Assembly: GCA_046757025.1 (NCBI GenBank)
Contig: JBHHXN010000056.1
Location: forward strand, 1-28,432
Source of the DNA: a bacterium
GTDB lineage: Bacteria; Zhuqueibacterota; Zhuqueibacteria; Oceanimicrobiales; Oceanimicrobiaceae
Length of the DNA: 28,432 nt
Reading direction: 5' to 3'
This document shows positions 28,399 through 28,432 of this stretch, piece by piece (the stretch's first letter is position 1; the number at the start of each line of letters is the position of its first letter). The position numbers and the translations under genes were made by a program. Under the pieces are notes generated by a model. It did not search any database, was not told the origin of the DNA, and worked only from the letters and a program-made list of their open reading frames with translations.

Positions 28399-28432
28399 CC
28401 GGGCTCTTTCATTTAACCATTCTCTATAATAA

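Overview
Bacterial chromosomal window of mostly housekeeping and cell-envelope genes. A secreted BNR-repeat protein ending in a 'PVELTSF...QNYPNPFNP' module suggests an FCB-group organism such as KSB1, Calditrichota or Ignavibacteria (inference). Coding content: patatin-like phospholipase (5'-truncated), trpF, a DUF2252-like protein, M28 and S9 peptidases, DUF420, aroF plus a ubiE/menG-type methyltransferase, a PQQ-like beta-propeller, a class V PLP enzyme, a pncB-like/pncA-like NAD salvage pair, a serine hydrolase-VanX/DdpX fusion lipoprotein, a tandem-SLATT-like protein, alkaline phosphatase and an ECF sigma/anti-sigma pair. The most unusual signal is non-coding. A 234-bp element occurs twice in inverted orientation (8836-9070 and 23409-23643, one mismatch seen). 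It has no terminal inverted repeats (TIRs) and no target-site duplication (TSD), both copies sit next to TTTAT(A), it is packed with ATGAC/GTCAT pentamers, and it ends in a hairpin plus CTAG. One copy splits a nucleotidyltransferase gene that is restored in frame on removal. Two further MITE-like families with TIRs, REP-like palindromes and a DinB pseudogene are also present. No transposase, rRNA, tRNA or CRISPR array was recognised.
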